The position numbers and the translations under genes were made by a program. From a virus (taxonomy: Duplodnaviria > Caudoviricetes), in the IMG/VR virus record IMGVR_UViG_3300028797_000093: a stretch of 64,000 nucleotides of DNA; one strand, 5' to 3'. Below the pieces are notes generated by a model. That model searched no databases, was not told where the DNA came from, and saw only the letters and a program-made list of their open reading frames with translations. Below are positions 9,497 to 20,897 of this stretch, piece by piece (the stretch's first letter is position 1; each line of letters begins with the position of its first letter).

Positions 9497-10699
9497 ATGG
9501 ATATCATTAAAGACAAGACAACACTCACAGAAGAAGAGCTTGCTCAAGTAATCAGTACTCTTGAAGAAGCTAAAAAGAATGATCCCAATATCATAGATGT
9601 GGACTATGAAGAAATAGAGAATGATCCTGATCTGGAACCAGAAAATAAACTGGTTGAGTTAGATGCAAATGGTGTACCTCTTCCTACTACTATTACTGAT
9701 CTTATTGGAGAGAAAGAATCTACTATAAAAGTTACTAATCTATCAATGACAGCTTTCGATACAGATATCAAGAATGATCTGAGAAAGCTAGCTGATGTTG
9801 ATGTTGTTAAGAAGAATCTTGAATCTGTCACAGATATCTCCAAAGAGGAAAATTTAAATTCTATCATTGAAGCCTATGGTGATTATCTTTCTACAGGTGA
9901 TGATAGAATGTATAATAAATTGACTGAAGAAGTTAAGAAAGACATTAGGAAGTACTCCAGTTATATGAGGATTACTCCTAATGAAGCTACTAAGACAGTT
10001 CTGAAAGCTATCTTTAGTCATAGTGCAGTTAAACAGAATAATGCTATTGATATTGAACATATTACTCTAGATGCTATTGGAATGTGTCCATCATCAGATG
10101 AGACTTATCTAGGGTATATGAAAGGATATATTGAGTATATTGATAGAGAAGTTGATAGTAATGATACATATGATGATCTTACTAAGGCTAGACTTCATGA
10201 TATAGCAAAGAGTTTTAAAGATTCTTATACATTCAAACCGATGTATGAGAAGTATGATACTGATAGTAGAACCAGAAAGGCTCTTAGAAGAGATATAGCT
10301 GATAAGAGCAGATATACTAAATACTTTAATGAGTTTAATTACAAGAATGAGAAGTCACTATATAAGATGAGTGAAGCAGGACAATTTGGTAGAGCTCTAT
10401 TTGATATTGTTCTACATTCTGCTGAGTTTACTCTAGATGAAAATAATGATAATTTATTTGGAGTAGATGATGTAAGAAAATTTCTAGTTTTGTTCTTTAA
10501 GACATGTGAGAATCTTAATGCTAATGATCTTAAAGATTCTGCTTATATGTATTACACTATGAAAAATATTACCGAATTATCTAATCCAGAAGAGGCTAAG
10601 ACTCCTTTTGGCGGTGAACTAATTAGTAATATAAAAGAGTTACTAATTTATATCCGCGATAAGGAGGCTAGTTTTAATGCCAATAATCAGTCAAGATAA
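9497..10699 (+). CDS. hypothetical protein
   Basis: 400-aa acidic ORF in operon. Confidence 0.7.
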   Translation: MDIIKDKTTLTEEELAQVISTLEEAKKNDPNIIDVDYEEIENDPDLEPENKLVELDANGVPLPTTITDLIGEKESTIKVTNLSMTAFDTDIKNDLRKLADVDVVKKNLESVTDISKEENLNSIIEAYGDYLSTGDDRMYNKLTEEVKKDIRKYSSYMRITPNEATKTVLKAIFSHSAVKQNNAIDIEHITLDAIGMCPSSDETYLGYMKGYIEYIDREVDSNDTYDDLTKARLHDIAKSFKDSYTFKPMYEKYDTDSRTRKALRRDIADKSRYTKYFNEFNYKNEKSLYKMSEAGQFGRALFDIVLHSAEFTLDENNDNLFGVDDVRKFLVLFFKTCENLNANDLKDSAYMYYTMKNITELSNPEEAKTPFGGELISNIKELLIYIRDKEASFNANNQSR

Positions 10700-13112
10700 T
10701 GTATATATATTAAAATCGCTGATCAAAGCAACTATCAAACCAGATCTTGTACTGACTGTTCTTCAACTAAAGACAGATCAGGAAACAGATCCTAGGACTA
10801 CTTGTAGTTGTTGTTCTTCTGCCTATCAGGTAGAGAGAACTATCCATATATTTGAAGATAGGATCTATAAGTTTACTTACTATAATGAGGGAATCTCTTA
10901 TGAGAATATGATAGGAGAGGTTACCCATATAGAGTGTGATCCTAATTACCCAGATAGTGGATATGTAGAAGTAAAAGCTTATGTTGATGAAGCTGACATT
11001 GAAAGAAAAGTATACGCTAATATTAAGAGAATTCCTATAGCTAATATTCAAGATGCTATAGATATTACACCTTATGATAGTCCAATTGATAAAGGAGATG
11101 ACTATAAACTCATGATCTTAGGAATCAGTGCTCAGAAGGTAAGAGCTCTAGTAATCAATCTGAAGATGATCAATGACAATGAGCTAGATCAGGCAGTTAA
11201 GGAAGTCTCCTTGATTGTTGGAAATAAATACAAAGTATGTTACAATAGTAAAGAGAATGAACTAGACTGCTTTAAGGGAACTCTTACAGGTATGCTAGAG
11301 ATCCCCAATCTTGATCAAGCATTTGCTACAGGTTATAATCCAAACTGTGGATTTGTAAGAGAAGATGGTGAATGTAAATATCCTGAATATAATAAGTATT
11401 ATCTAGGTACTGGAGAATGCTGTTGTGATGGTTGTCCTATAGCAGGTAATTGTCATACAGAAGAGGAAATCTCCTTCTATAATAATACTTATGATAAAGA
11501 TAGATTCCTTAGACTACCTGAAAATATGGTATCTGATGTTCTATTAACTTTTGATATTACTACAGACGAGGATACTTCTACTGTATATAAAAAGATCTAT
11601 CTGTCTCAGATCAGAGATGTATGTGATATGTATCACTACGAAGATCCTGCAAGTACTGATCTTGAGGTAGAAGCTGTTAATAGCACTCTATTTATTTATG
11701 CTAAGAATTCTAGAATTGTAGCCATTAAAGATGGTGAATATAGTAGTTGGGATGAAGCTAATATTAAACCAATTGATATTCATGCCATTTATCCTAATAG
11801 CTATATTCCTACTATGGTTAACATGTATGGTGATGGACAATTTACAGTATTATCAGAATTTATTGATGATACAAGAGCGTTAAAGAACATTAACTTTACA
11901 AGAACAGAGACTACATTAGAAGAGAAAGTAGAAGATTTTGTATCTAAATTTAATGCTTGGGTGGTAAATCATCTATGCTATAATGGAGATTACACTAAGC
12001 CTCTATTAACTGCTTTTTTATCTAATGTAGATGAAACTAATATTATTACCTTTAGGATTAACTATTATAATTCAAATAATATCTCTAATATTGGACAGTT
12101 CATTCAGCTTCTAAATCCAGAAGTTATTGATGACTTCCTTACTAGTGTAGTAATGAAGAGTCTAAATACTATTGATATGACCATCAATGATATTCTAATA
12201 TATGATGATGGTGAAGTTAATCTAGATAATCTATATAAATATATTAAGAGTATATTGGTAAGATTCCTAACTGATGCTACTAATAAAGCTTATGTAAGCA
12301 ATCTAATTTATACTCTTAATGACAATGATAGTCTACTATTTGATTCTGATGAATATAGTGTTCATTATGAGATTAAATACGTTAATGAGACAGATAAAGA
12401 AGAGTTTGAAGATAAAATTGATCTTCTGAATGAACTTGTAAACTTTAGTCTTGTTAAAGGGTCTGATATAGGATTTGATGCTTATAAAGACGATGATGTA
12501 CTGGTTATGGAAGTACAAACTCATAAAGTTTTAGATAACTATCTGAAGAATATTAGTTCTGATCGTAGAAATGCTATCAATAAATTTAATATCAAGAGTT
12601 TTCTTGAGATTTTTGATCATATTGATATTCTAAACGATGACAATCCGTTCAGTATTGATAATGGTGAGGTAAATATTACCTTTAATCCTGATACAAATAC
12701 TGTAGTAAGTATTGATGATAAGACTTTTAATGATCTTATGATTCTTATTCAGAAATTTAATAGAGTAATCTGCCATATTCTTTGTAACTTGCAGAATACT
12801 CTACTATATAAGAATGATAATACAAAAGTACAAATTGTAGATCCTAATAAGATCTTTAATATGGAGCCTATTGATACTTCTTATGAGATCTATGATCCTA
12901 AAGGATTCTATAAACTCTGTAAAGCATTTGAAGATCTATTTACGGATCTTATGAATACAACAAATATGAGTAATTTTGATTACTCCAGTACTCTTACTAC
13001 TACATATAAAGATTCCGCTATTTTTAATGCTTCTGGTATTTGGAATATTGGACATATTGGTTCTCTTACTATTCCATTTACTCTTAATTATATTACAGTA
13101 AGAAATACTTAA
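10677..13112 (+). CDS. hypothetical protein with Cys-rich segments (possible virion protein)
   Basis: 811-aa ORF, AAGGAGG RBS; CSCCS and ECCCDGC clusters. Confidence 0.65.
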   Translation: MPIISQDNVYILKSLIKATIKPDLVLTVLQLKTDQETDPRTTCSCCSSAYQVERTIHIFEDRIYKFTYYNEGISYENMIGEVTHIECDPNYPDSGYVEVKAYVDEADIERKVYANIKRIPIANIQDAIDITPYDSPIDKGDDYKLMILGISAQKVRALVINLKMINDNELDQAVKEVSLIVGNKYKVCYNSKENELDCFKGTLTGMLEIPNLDQAFATGYNPNCGFVREDGECKYPEYNKYYLGTGECCCDGCPIAGNCHTEEEISFYNNTYDKDRFLRLPENMVSDVLLTFDITTDEDTSTVYKKIYLSQIRDVCDMYHYEDPASTDLEVEAVNSTLFIYAKNSRIVAIKDGEYSSWDEANIKPIDIHAIYPNSYIPTMVNMYGDGQFTVLSEFIDDTRALKNINFTRTETTLEEKVEDFVSKFNAWVVNHLCYNGDYTKPLLTAFLSNVDETNIITFRINYYNSNNISNIGQFIQLLNPEVIDDFLTSVVMKSLNTIDMTINDILIYDDGEVNLDNLYKYIKSILVRFLTDATNKAYVSNLIYTLNDNDSLLFDSDEYSVHYEIKYVNETDKEEFEDKIDLLNELVNFSLVKGSDIGFDAYKDDDVLVMEVQTHKVLDNYLKNISSDRRNAINKFNIKSFLEIFDHIDILNDDNPFSIDNGEVNITFNPDTNTVVSIDDKTFNDLMILIQKFNRVICHILCNLQNTLLYKNDNTKVQIVDPNKIFNMEPIDTSYEIYDPKGFYKLCKAFEDLFTDLMNTTNMSNFDYSSTLTTTYKDSAIFNASGIWNIGHIGSLTIPFTLNYITVRNT

Positions 13113-13254
13113 ATACTAATAAAATATAGTAGGTAGTTCTTTATGAGCTACCTACTTATTTATTCATATTTGAATGGATATATGAATAAAATCATTTAAC
13201 AATTGAATAAATAAAAATATATTTTCTCATATACAAAGGTAGGGACCATTTGCT

Positions 13255-13728
13255 ATGACTGCTTTAGAATTTATTGCTACTATAGTCGGTATTATTCTAG
13301 GTAGTTCAGCATTAACAGTTTTGCTGAATAATCTTCATGATCGTTGGAAATTAAATCAGGAAAGGAAGAACTCAAAAGAAGATAAACAAGAAGAAAAAGA
13401 GAATATAGTAGATGATCTTCAATCTGCTACTAATTCTCAAGAGAAAAAGATTGAAGCTCTAGAGAATCTATCCAGTAATATGGCAGAAGCTCTTAAGTAT
13501 CTGCTATTGGATAAGATTCTATTCTTAGGTTCTAAATACATTAGAAGAAACTCCATTACTCTAGAAGAGCGTAAGATACTGAAGGCTATGTATAATGTAT
13601 ATCATAATGGTCTCGAAGGTAATGGAGATGCTGATTTTATCATGAAAGGTGTAGATGCTATTACACCAAATGAACTAAAACAGCATGATAATGAAGATAA
13701 GATCAAGAAAGATGATAATGATAATTAA
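13255..13728 (+). CDS. holin-like membrane protein
   Basis: N-terminal transmembrane helix, coiled coil, and MYNVYHNGLEGNG resembling the YHxLGGNG motif of Firmicute phage holin-like proteins. Confidence 0.55.
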   Translation: MTALEFIATIVGIILGSSALTVLLNNLHDRWKLNQERKNSKEDKQEEKENIVDDLQSATNSQEKKIEALENLSSNMAEALKYLLLDKILFLGSKYIRRNSITLEERKILKAMYNVYHNGLEGNGDADFIMKGVDAITPNELKQHDNEDKIKKDDNDN

Positions 13729-13839
13729 AAAACAAAAGGATATAGGTTCCATTCCTATATCCTATTTTATTAAGTTAATATATTCCACATCTTAGTAAAA
13801 ATATTATAATGTAATATATAGATTGGAAGTGATTATAAA

Positions 13840-14583
13840 TTGAAATATAAATTTCCTGAGTTTACTAAGCTTATAGATGACACTCTAGTATTTAGTGGAG
13901 ATGGATCTTTTGTTTTTTATGTTCCAGAGGTTTATTTTGATAGAAAGAATGCAGAGATTGAAGGAGAATTTGTAAATCTTATTGGAGTAATTGACTACTC
14001 CGTATTTGATAAAGATGGAAAGTCTATTACTGGTCTTAAGAATTTTGATCTTCCTACAAGATTTTTAACTAGACCTTCTACTATTGATAAGATTAAGAAT
14101 GTTAAGCTAACAAGAACCACTGCTCCTAATGATTATAGAGTTCTTACTTATTATAACAATGATCCTATATTTACAACTATTAGGTTAACTCAAGATATTA
14201 TTAATGTAGAGGATTTCTTTAAGATCTTCAAATCCGGAAAACTTCCTACTACTATTCCTTATGATAAATTACCATTCTATTTTATTGAAGGCGGAGCTAT
14301 GAATAATATCAATTTCAAACTCTCTCTTCAGATCTTTGGTATAGTCATTAGTGAATACTGTAGAAATCCTAATAATCTTAAAGAGCCTTTTAGATATACA
14401 GATATGAAGAACATGACAGCATATAAACCACTTAATATTGTAGATATTCCTAAGTACACAACACCATATGCATCACTTACTAGTGAGAACTGGGATAATG
14501 CTGTAATGGGCTCTATTCTTAATCAAAGCGATGCAAAATCTCCCATGGAAAAAATGTTAATGGAGAGCCAATCTGAAGACTAA
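13840..14583 (+). CDS. hypothetical protein upstream of tail sheath
   Basis: 247-aa ORF, TTG start. Confidence 0.65.
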   Translation: MKYKFPEFTKLIDDTLVFSGDGSFVFYVPEVYFDRKNAEIEGEFVNLIGVIDYSVFDKDGKSITGLKNFDLPTRFLTRPSTIDKIKNVKLTRTTAPNDYRVLTYYNNDPIFTTIRLTQDIINVEDFFKIFKSGKLPTTIPYDKLPFYFIEGGAMNNINFKLSLQIFGIVISEYCRNPNNLKEPFRYTDMKNMTAYKPLNIVDIPKYTTPYASLTSENWDNAVMGSILNQSDAKSPMEKMLMESQSED

Positions 14584-14588
14584 CTATT

Positions 14589-14600
14589 AACATACCAGTA
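14589..14600 (+). promoter_or_regulatory. AR9-type late promoter AACA-N6-TA
   Basis: AACAtaccagTA upstream of the sheath-tube operon. Confidence 0.6.
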
Positions 14601-14685
14601 AAATTGGTAGTTATTTTTTATCCAATAATCATTAATAAAATAATCTACTGAGAAAGGTTTTTGATAAAAGGAGGAAAAGTAATAT

Positions 14686-16791
14686 ATGTATCCAGGAACT
14701 ATAATTGAATACGTAGATCAATCATTTATTGAACCTATTACTATAGAAACTGTTGCAAATAGACCTCTTCTGTTTGCACTGTTTACTTCTGATAAAGGTC
14801 CTGAATCCTTCCAGCGTGTTTATGGTAAGGATTTCTTCAGCCTTTACGGTAATGAGATTTCTTTCGAGAAGCATGGTCAGCCTCTTCTGCAGGCTGCTAT
14901 GTCTATTAATGCTGGTGCTGAACTGTTCTGCAAGCGTATTGTAGCTAACGACTCTACTCTTGCTGGTCGTTCTGTCATCGCTAAGATCAGGACTCCTGTT
15001 GGTGGTACTGATGATATCACCAAGCCAACTATCACCCATTATTCATATTATCCTGGTAGTATCAGTCCTACTGATGCTGAAACTCTTTCTGAAGCTACTA
15101 AGAACTACTGTGAAGAGCTTTTCCGTATCAAGGGTGAGACTGAAGACGTTTATAAGGCAAATCCCGGTACTCAGCTCTATACCGAGAGAACTTGTACTAC
15201 TAAAGTAACCACTGCAGTTACTGATCTTTGTGATGCTGATGGTCTTCTTCTGGTAGATAAGGTTGTACATTATGGTACTTCTGGTGTTACTGAGGGTGCC
15301 TGGTATTTCACTGTATCTAGTACTAATTACTTTGTAGTAGAAAAAGATGCGAACAATAATGTTCAGCTGGAAGATATCTCCAATGAGCATTGGTTCCCTC
15401 TATTTGCTATCACTGAGAATGGTCGTGGTGTTTCCACTAAGTCTTATGATGTACTGGAGAACTCCAGACTGAGTAAGAACCTGAGCTTTGCCGTATATGA
15501 TATTGAGGTTCATGAAGGCCTTGATGTTATTGAGACAATTCACTTCTCCATGGATCCCAGTGCTATCTCTGGTACTACTAGCATGAGCCTTAATGAACAG
15601 GCTCGTGGTGCTATTCAGTTTGATGCTTATCAGGATTCTGCTCAGTATGATAATATGATTCAGCTGATCATGAATAATACTGGTAAGACTAAGGCTGAGA
15701 TTGTAGCAGAAGACTTTGTATTTGCCAGAACCCGTGCTGGCCAGACCAATCTTACTTGGCTTGGTTATATGGATGGTTCTGATGGCAACGTAGAGCATAT
15801 TATTAAGACAGATACTAACTCCGAGACCAATATCAATATTAATAATTATACTGCTCTTGGTATGGTTGGTGGTAGTAATGGTAGCTTTGGTAGCAGACCT
15901 ATCAATGCAGCAACATATGGCTCTGCCATGAATGCTGTGTTTGGTATCGACTCCGTTACCAATGTCGAAAACTATCCCGAAATCTATAACCTCGACGAGC
16001 ATAAGATTATGGCTATCGTCGATGCAAACTATCCTGATGTAGTAAAGGCAAGTCTATCTGAGTTTGTAGCTGTTCGTGAAGACTGCATGTTCCTGCGTGA
16101 TATGGGCACCAATGGCCTGAACACTGCAACTGCGATCACTAATGCTGCAAGCCTGGTAACTAATAAGAGTAAGTTTACTGCTCTTTACTGCCAGTATTAT
16201 GATATTAAAGATCCTTATACTTATAAGCAGATTACTGTATCTATTGGCTACAGCCTGGTTCGTCTGCTGATCAACCAGTATAACAATGGCATCAACCTGC
16301 CTCTTGCTGGTCAGAAGTATAACGTAACTATTCCTGAGGCCATTTATGGTACTCTGAACTTTGCTCCTCTGAATCTGCCTTCTGGCAATCAGAAGGAAGC
16401 TTTTGATGATGCTCGTCTGAACTATGCATCTTACTTCGGTGATCTGCTGGTTCTTGAGACTGAGTATACTACTTACGAGAAGTTCAGCCAGTTCTCTTAC
16501 CTGAACAACATCCTTGGTATTCAGGAAGCCATTCGTGCTGTACGTACTCGTTGTCCTCTTATCCGGTACTCCTTCATCAGTGGTGGCGACTTCGACGCTT
16601 ACCAGGCTGATGTTAATGCAGTACTGTCTAACTACACCAACAACTTCGTCTCCCTTGAGCTGGAGTATCTTGGTGATGATACTTATGTTGCTAATAAGAT
16701 TTTCTATGCTGCTATCAAGGTCAGGTTCAAAGACTTCGTCCAGACTGAATGGTTCAAGGTCATTGCTCTTGGCACTAATAGTGAAGCATAA
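14686..16791 (+). CDS. contractile tail sheath protein
   Basis: 701 aa; MYPGTIIEYVD N-terminus, TSDKGPE, sheath-like C-terminal domain; high-expression codon bias; followed by a tube-sized gene. Confidence 0.8.
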   Translation: MYPGTIIEYVDQSFIEPITIETVANRPLLFALFTSDKGPESFQRVYGKDFFSLYGNEISFEKHGQPLLQAAMSINAGAELFCKRIVANDSTLAGRSVIAKIRTPVGGTDDITKPTITHYSYYPGSISPTDAETLSEATKNYCEELFRIKGETEDVYKANPGTQLYTERTCTTKVTTAVTDLCDADGLLLVDKVVHYGTSGVTEGAWYFTVSSTNYFVVEKDANNNVQLEDISNEHWFPLFAITENGRGVSTKSYDVLENSRLSKNLSFAVYDIEVHEGLDVIETIHFSMDPSAISGTTSMSLNEQARGAIQFDAYQDSAQYDNMIQLIMNNTGKTKAEIVAEDFVFARTRAGQTNLTWLGYMDGSDGNVEHIIKTDTNSETNININNYTALGMVGGSNGSFGSRPINAATYGSAMNAVFGIDSVTNVENYPEIYNLDEHKIMAIVDANYPDVVKASLSEFVAVREDCMFLRDMGTNGLNTATAITNAASLVTNKSKFTALYCQYYDIKDPYTYKQITVSIGYSLVRLLINQYNNGINLPLAGQKYNVTIPEAIYGTLNFAPLNLPSGNQKEAFDDARLNYASYFGDLLVLETEYTTYEKFSQFSYLNNILGIQEAIRAVRTRCPLIRYSFISGGDFDAYQADVNAVLSNYTNNFVSLELEYLGDDTYVANKIFYAAIKVRFKDFVQTEWFKVIALGTNSEA

Positions 16792-16832
16792 ATTACTGGG
16801 ATATCTATATCCTGAAAGGAGAATAAGAGAAT

Positions 16833-17726
16833 ATGTTTGAATATCTAAAAGAGCCCCGTAACCTTCTAGGTTATACTCTTATGCGTGGTACTACAGACTG
16901 GACTCAGCTCGAACAGTTCAATCTGTATGAAAAAGGATATCCCTTCCTGATCGTTGTAGGTATCCCTGAATTTCTCCGTACTGCTGCTCAGAAGGATGCT
17001 CGTATGAGCAACCTGATTAAGAACTATGTCCATATTCTGGAGTATGAGTTCCGTGGTATGAGTGGTCTTGCAGATCTTACTGCAAACACCTCTCCTATTA
17101 CCAATGGATTCAATGACTTCAATGTAATTACTCGTACTCAGGAGCAGGGTTCTGAAACCTTTACGTTTAACTATACTGAAAAGTCTGGTTCTACACTCTC
17201 TAAGGTTCAGGAATTCTATCTCCGTGGTGTACGTGACCCCAACAGTGGCTTCAAGCATTATAACGGTCAGATCAATAAGTCTAGTGATTCTCTCTACAAT
17301 CCTGCTGTCAGTGGCAGTATTGGATTTGAGAAGGAAACCTTCAGCTTCCTGTATCTGCATACCGATAACACTGGTCTTATGCTTGAGAGAGCCGTATTCC
17401 TTGTTGGCGCTCAGCCCACTAATGCTCCTTTCAGCACTCTCTACAATGCTGACAAGGGTTCCATCGAGTTTGCTGAGATTGGTGTAGAGTTCATGGCTTA
17501 TCCTATCTATGGCACTGAGGTTGACAAGCGTGCTCAGCAGATCCTGGATTGGATGAACAATGAAGCTGCTAACACCTACCATGTTGCTCGTAACAGCTAC
17601 GACTACAAGTGGTCTCGTGTATCCCCCACCGACTTCAAGGGCAACTCCACGAATGTCTACAAGGGAACTCTTCAGGAGACTCACCTTACTGCTGCTTCTG
17701 GCAACGATGCCAGCTGGATCGAGTAA
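16833..17726 (+). CDS. tail tube protein
   Basis: 297 aa directly after the sheath gene; FTFNYTEKSG and GVRDPNSG motifs; strong codon bias; terminator follows. Confidence 0.7.
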   Translation: MFEYLKEPRNLLGYTLMRGTTDWTQLEQFNLYEKGYPFLIVVGIPEFLRTAAQKDARMSNLIKNYVHILEYEFRGMSGLADLTANTSPITNGFNDFNVITRTQEQGSETFTFNYTEKSGSTLSKVQEFYLRGVRDPNSGFKHYNGQINKSSDSLYNPAVSGSIGFEKETFSFLYLHTDNTGLMLERAVFLVGAQPTNAPFSTLYNADKGSIEFAEIGVEFMAYPIYGTEVDKRAQQILDWMNNEAANTYHVARNSYDYKWSRVSPTDFKGNSTNVYKGTLQETHLTAASGNDASWIE

Positions 17727-17828
17727 TAAGATTCTATATGGGATGTACTCTATTATGGGTACATCCCATTTTTATAAAAAATAAGAGGATGGTGAGTAAA
17801 TACCCACCATCCTTTAAATATTGCATAA

Positions 17829-18986
17829 TTAGAGGATTTCGGTTTCCTCAATCACTTCATCTACGTTATCATAGGAATCCATATCCTTATAAAAATTGGA
17901 TAGAACAGAAAATTTACTATATAGATTAATATTAAAATCTGTATTATTCTCCAGATACTCTTTGATTCTGATAGTAGTATCATCAGGTCCATCTGGATAA
18001 TCAGATACAAAGAAATCTTCCAAGAACTTATATATCTTCATCTGGATAAAATCATATGTATATTCAATATCATTATGTTTCCTGATAAGGATATTGCACA
18101 TATTGAAGATATGATTAATCCTATCAAAGTATATATCATAATTCTCTCCAAAGAAGTCTTTTAACTGCTCCAGAATATATCCTGGGTTATCTGCATTAAT
18201 GATTACTAGATAATTATCCATTGCAAGTGATTTATCTAGATTTATAAGATCAGAAAGATCATTATCATATTCTTCTGAATCAAGTTCTACCTGAGTGGCT
18301 TCATTGGTAAACATATAGTTTACAACATCGCTCATCCCAGGAATAGTAGTATCATCAAAGATAATAGACTTATAGATCTTATTAGAAGATGCAATAGTTT
18401 TAATTATTTCACTACCAATAATACTGTAGTTAGTACTATAATATCTTCTAAAGTAGAATTTAAAGTATTCAAGAGATCCATATATAAGAACATTATACTC
18501 ATCTATAGCTTTATCATTATTAGTCTTAAATATAGCAATAGAATGATCTGGATTTCTATTATAAGCAGTCCAGTCTGAAATAAATCTATCAAGAGAATTG
18601 ATAACAATAATACTACCAGGCTGAGATGGATCTACTTCAATCTTCATACCAATGATAATATTAATATATTTAGTAAATCCACTGTTATCTAGTAGCTTCT
18701 TATTTTCAATATAGGTATTATACATTTCTTTATAGATACCTTTAATCTTATTGAAATTAAAGTTACTAGATGCATCTGTATAAAGTCTATATAGTTTATA
18801 AAATGTAGGAATAGGAGGAGTACAATTAATAACCTTGGCAGTAATACTATAAGGAACTCCAGGTTTGGTATAAGTAGACTTCTCCTTTTCTACAGGAACC
18901 TCTTCAACTTTCTTTTTCTTTTTAGAGAAGATATTTAGAATATTCTTTTTCTTTGTGGTAAATGGATTATCAGTCTTTTTTGTCAT
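17829..18986 (-). CDS. hypothetical protein
   Basis: 385-aa ORF, last gene of the nucleotide-metabolism operon. Confidence 0.6.
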   Translation of the reverse strand: MTKKTDNPFTTKKKNILNIFSKKKKKVEEVPVEKEKSTYTKPGVPYSITAKVINCTPPIPTFYKLYRLYTDASSNFNFNKIKGIYKEMYNTYIENKKLLDNSGFTKYINIIIGMKIEVDPSQPGSIIVINSLDRFISDWTAYNRNPDHSIAIFKTNNDKAIDEYNVLIYGSLEYFKFYFRRYYSTNYSIIGSEIIKTIASSNKIYKSIIFDDTTIPGMSDVVNYMFTNEATQVELDSEEYDNDLSDLINLDKSLAMDNYLVIINADNPGYILEQLKDFFGENYDIYFDRINHIFNMCNILIRKHNDIEYTYDFIQMKIYKFLEDFFVSDYPDGPDDTTIRIKEYLENNTDFNINLYSKFSVLSNFYKDMDSYDNVDEVIEETEIL

Positions 18987-19800
18987 ATAGAGATCTCCTT
19001 TTATCTATAAGAGCTTCTATAAACATATAACTTTCATCCATAATCTTAGTAAAGATAAGTTCTTTACTCTTTTCTCTTTCTGCTTCATCAGTAAGAGTCT
19101 TTACAAAGTCAATCTCAGGAAGACCAATATTAATACTCATAGTATTAGTAGGTCCATTAAGATTCTTGATTCTTTTCTTGATCTTTCTATCTTCAATATT
19201 CTTAGAATAGATAAGATCATATACATAATATACATTACCACTAAGTACTTCATCTACTTCATTAAGATCCTTATTACTTTTAGCTAATCTGATTACTCTA
19301 GCTTTCTCATAAGGCATCCTAAGGAATATACTAAGATCTTCTTGAGGAAGACTAAGTAGATTATATTCAAATCCGTATATCCATTCCACTACATCTATAA
19401 CACTATTTACATCAGGCATCATTCTAGCTGCATTGAATAGATTGGAGTTTACGAATCTATCAAAAAGGATAATATCTACCTTACCCATCTGATCTTCAAT
19501 GATATTTTTATATGTATCATATCTATCAAAAGCATAATACATACTATATTTACAACAAAGTTCTCTATTAAGTTCTAAATCTCTATACTTTGGATTGTTA
19601 AGAAACTGTCTCACAAAGTATGAACTCTCTCTATCGTATTGAGGAAAGCTGGTAGAGAATACAGAGTATCCATCACTTTCCAACTGTTTCTTGAGTGCTG
19701 CTACATTGGTCTCCTTAAAAGAGCAATCTAGTCCTTCAACAGAAATAATTGTTGTCTTAGTTTTATTTAGCATTCTTTCTACCTCTTTTCTGGGTTTCAT
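18970..19800 (-). CDS. tmk: thymidylate (dNMP) kinase
   Basis: ISVEGLDCSFKET (variant P-loop), SFPQY, AFDRY, LFDRFVNSN; true start may be 19773. Confidence 0.8.
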   Translation of the reverse strand: MKPRKEVERMLNKTKTTIISVEGLDCSFKETNVAALKKQLESDGYSVFSTSFPQYDRESSYFVRQFLNNPKYRDLELNRELCCKYSMYYAFDRYDTYKNIIEDQMGKVDIILFDRFVNSNLFNAARMMPDVNSVIDVVEWIYGFEYNLLSLPQEDLSIFLRMPYEKARVIRLAKSNKDLNEVDEVLSGNVYYVYDLIYSKNIEDRKIKKRIKNLNGPTNTMSINIGLPEIDFVKTLTDEAEREKSKELIFTKIMDESYMFIEALIDKRRSLYDKKD

Positions 19801-20014
19801 TTATTTTAATACCATATATAGGCATATTCTTATTAGTACTTACATTAACCAATCCTCTATTAATCTTTTCTTTTCTGCGAGCTATTTCTTTTTCATTCCA
19901 TCCACATCTATGACATTGTGTAGGGTCACAATCTGTTTTAGATTTTTGTAATATACACCCTTCAATCAAATTAAAGGTTTCTTTTCTACTCAAGTGGTTA
20001 TTCAACTCCTTCAA
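19763..20014 (-). CDS. small hypothetical Cys-containing protein
   Basis: 83 aa, C..C..CHRCGW. Confidence 0.5.
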   Translation of the reverse strand: MKELNNHLSRKETFNLIEGCILQKSKTDCDPTQCHRCGWNEKEIARRKEKINRGLVNVSTNKNMPIYGIKINETQKRGRKNAK

Positions 20015-20072
20015 ATATATTTGTAAGAGTTAAAGAGAGTATACTAATAAACAGTATACTCTCTTATAAATA

Positions 20073-20897
20073 TCATTCTGTAGGTCTATTCTTTAAATCT
20101 TCAACCTTAGCAGCAATCTTGGGTTTTGCTTCTTCCATCATCTCATCCCAATCACCATTAAGGAAGTAAGTATTATTTCCATTATAATAAGTAGTAATAT
20201 TATTATTCTTATCTTTAATTCTCTTAATATAACCATCAAGAAGTTCAAAATCTCTTTCATAACAATGATAAGAGTTAGCTCTATGAGTATATGATCCAAC
20301 AGGAATATTCAGAGCTTCTGCTACTTTCTGCTGAATAGCAACCAGAGCATACATGTTCATAAAAGCAGCTTTACAAGCATCATTAGATCTAAATAGAGCT
20401 TTAAGATGTAAAGATCCATTACGAATAAAGAACTGCATGTGCTGAAGACAAGCAGGATCATCACTATACATATCAGAAGCATTATCTCTGATATTAATAA
20501 CAGCTCTACGACTATCAGGATTTCTTTTTAGATCTTCAATTACAAACTGAATCTGATCAGCAAATGGAGTCTCTAGTTTGAAAATATTAGGATTCACAGG
20601 GAACTGAGTCATTCTCTGATGATAAGTATACTTCCAATTACCTCTATCAACTTCAAAGTCAAGAATACCATCCACCATTTCCTGAACATACTGCTCTAAA
20701 TCATCAGGTCCACCTGCAAATAGAGCTGAAATACGAGGCTCAAGAAGAGGACGTTCTACAACCATAGTCATACTAAGTTCTTTCTGAGTTGTATTATAAT
20801 CTGGGCAATTTACAATCTCTCCTTCTCTCTGAAGCCAATCAAGAGAGCAATGATAAACTTCAGGAAGAATATTACCAGTAATAAAGCACTCTTTCAT
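20073..20897 (-). CDS. thyA: thymidylate synthase family protein (short, archaeal-like type)
   Basis: SRRAV, DPACLQ (catalytic Cys), FRSND, FMN, SYHCYE. Confidence 0.85.
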   Translation of the reverse strand: MKECFITGNILPEVYHCSLDWLQREGEIVNCPDYNTTQKELSMTMVVERPLLEPRISALFAGGPDDLEQYVQEMVDGILDFEVDRGNWKYTYHQRMTQFPVNPNIFKLETPFADQIQFVIEDLKRNPDSRRAVINIRDNASDMYSDDPACLQHMQFFIRNGSLHLKALFRSNDACKAAFMNMYALVAIQQKVAEALNIPVGSYTHRANSYHCYERDFELLDGYIKRIKDKNNNITTYYNGNNTYFLNGDWDEMMEEAKPKIAAKVEDLKNRPTE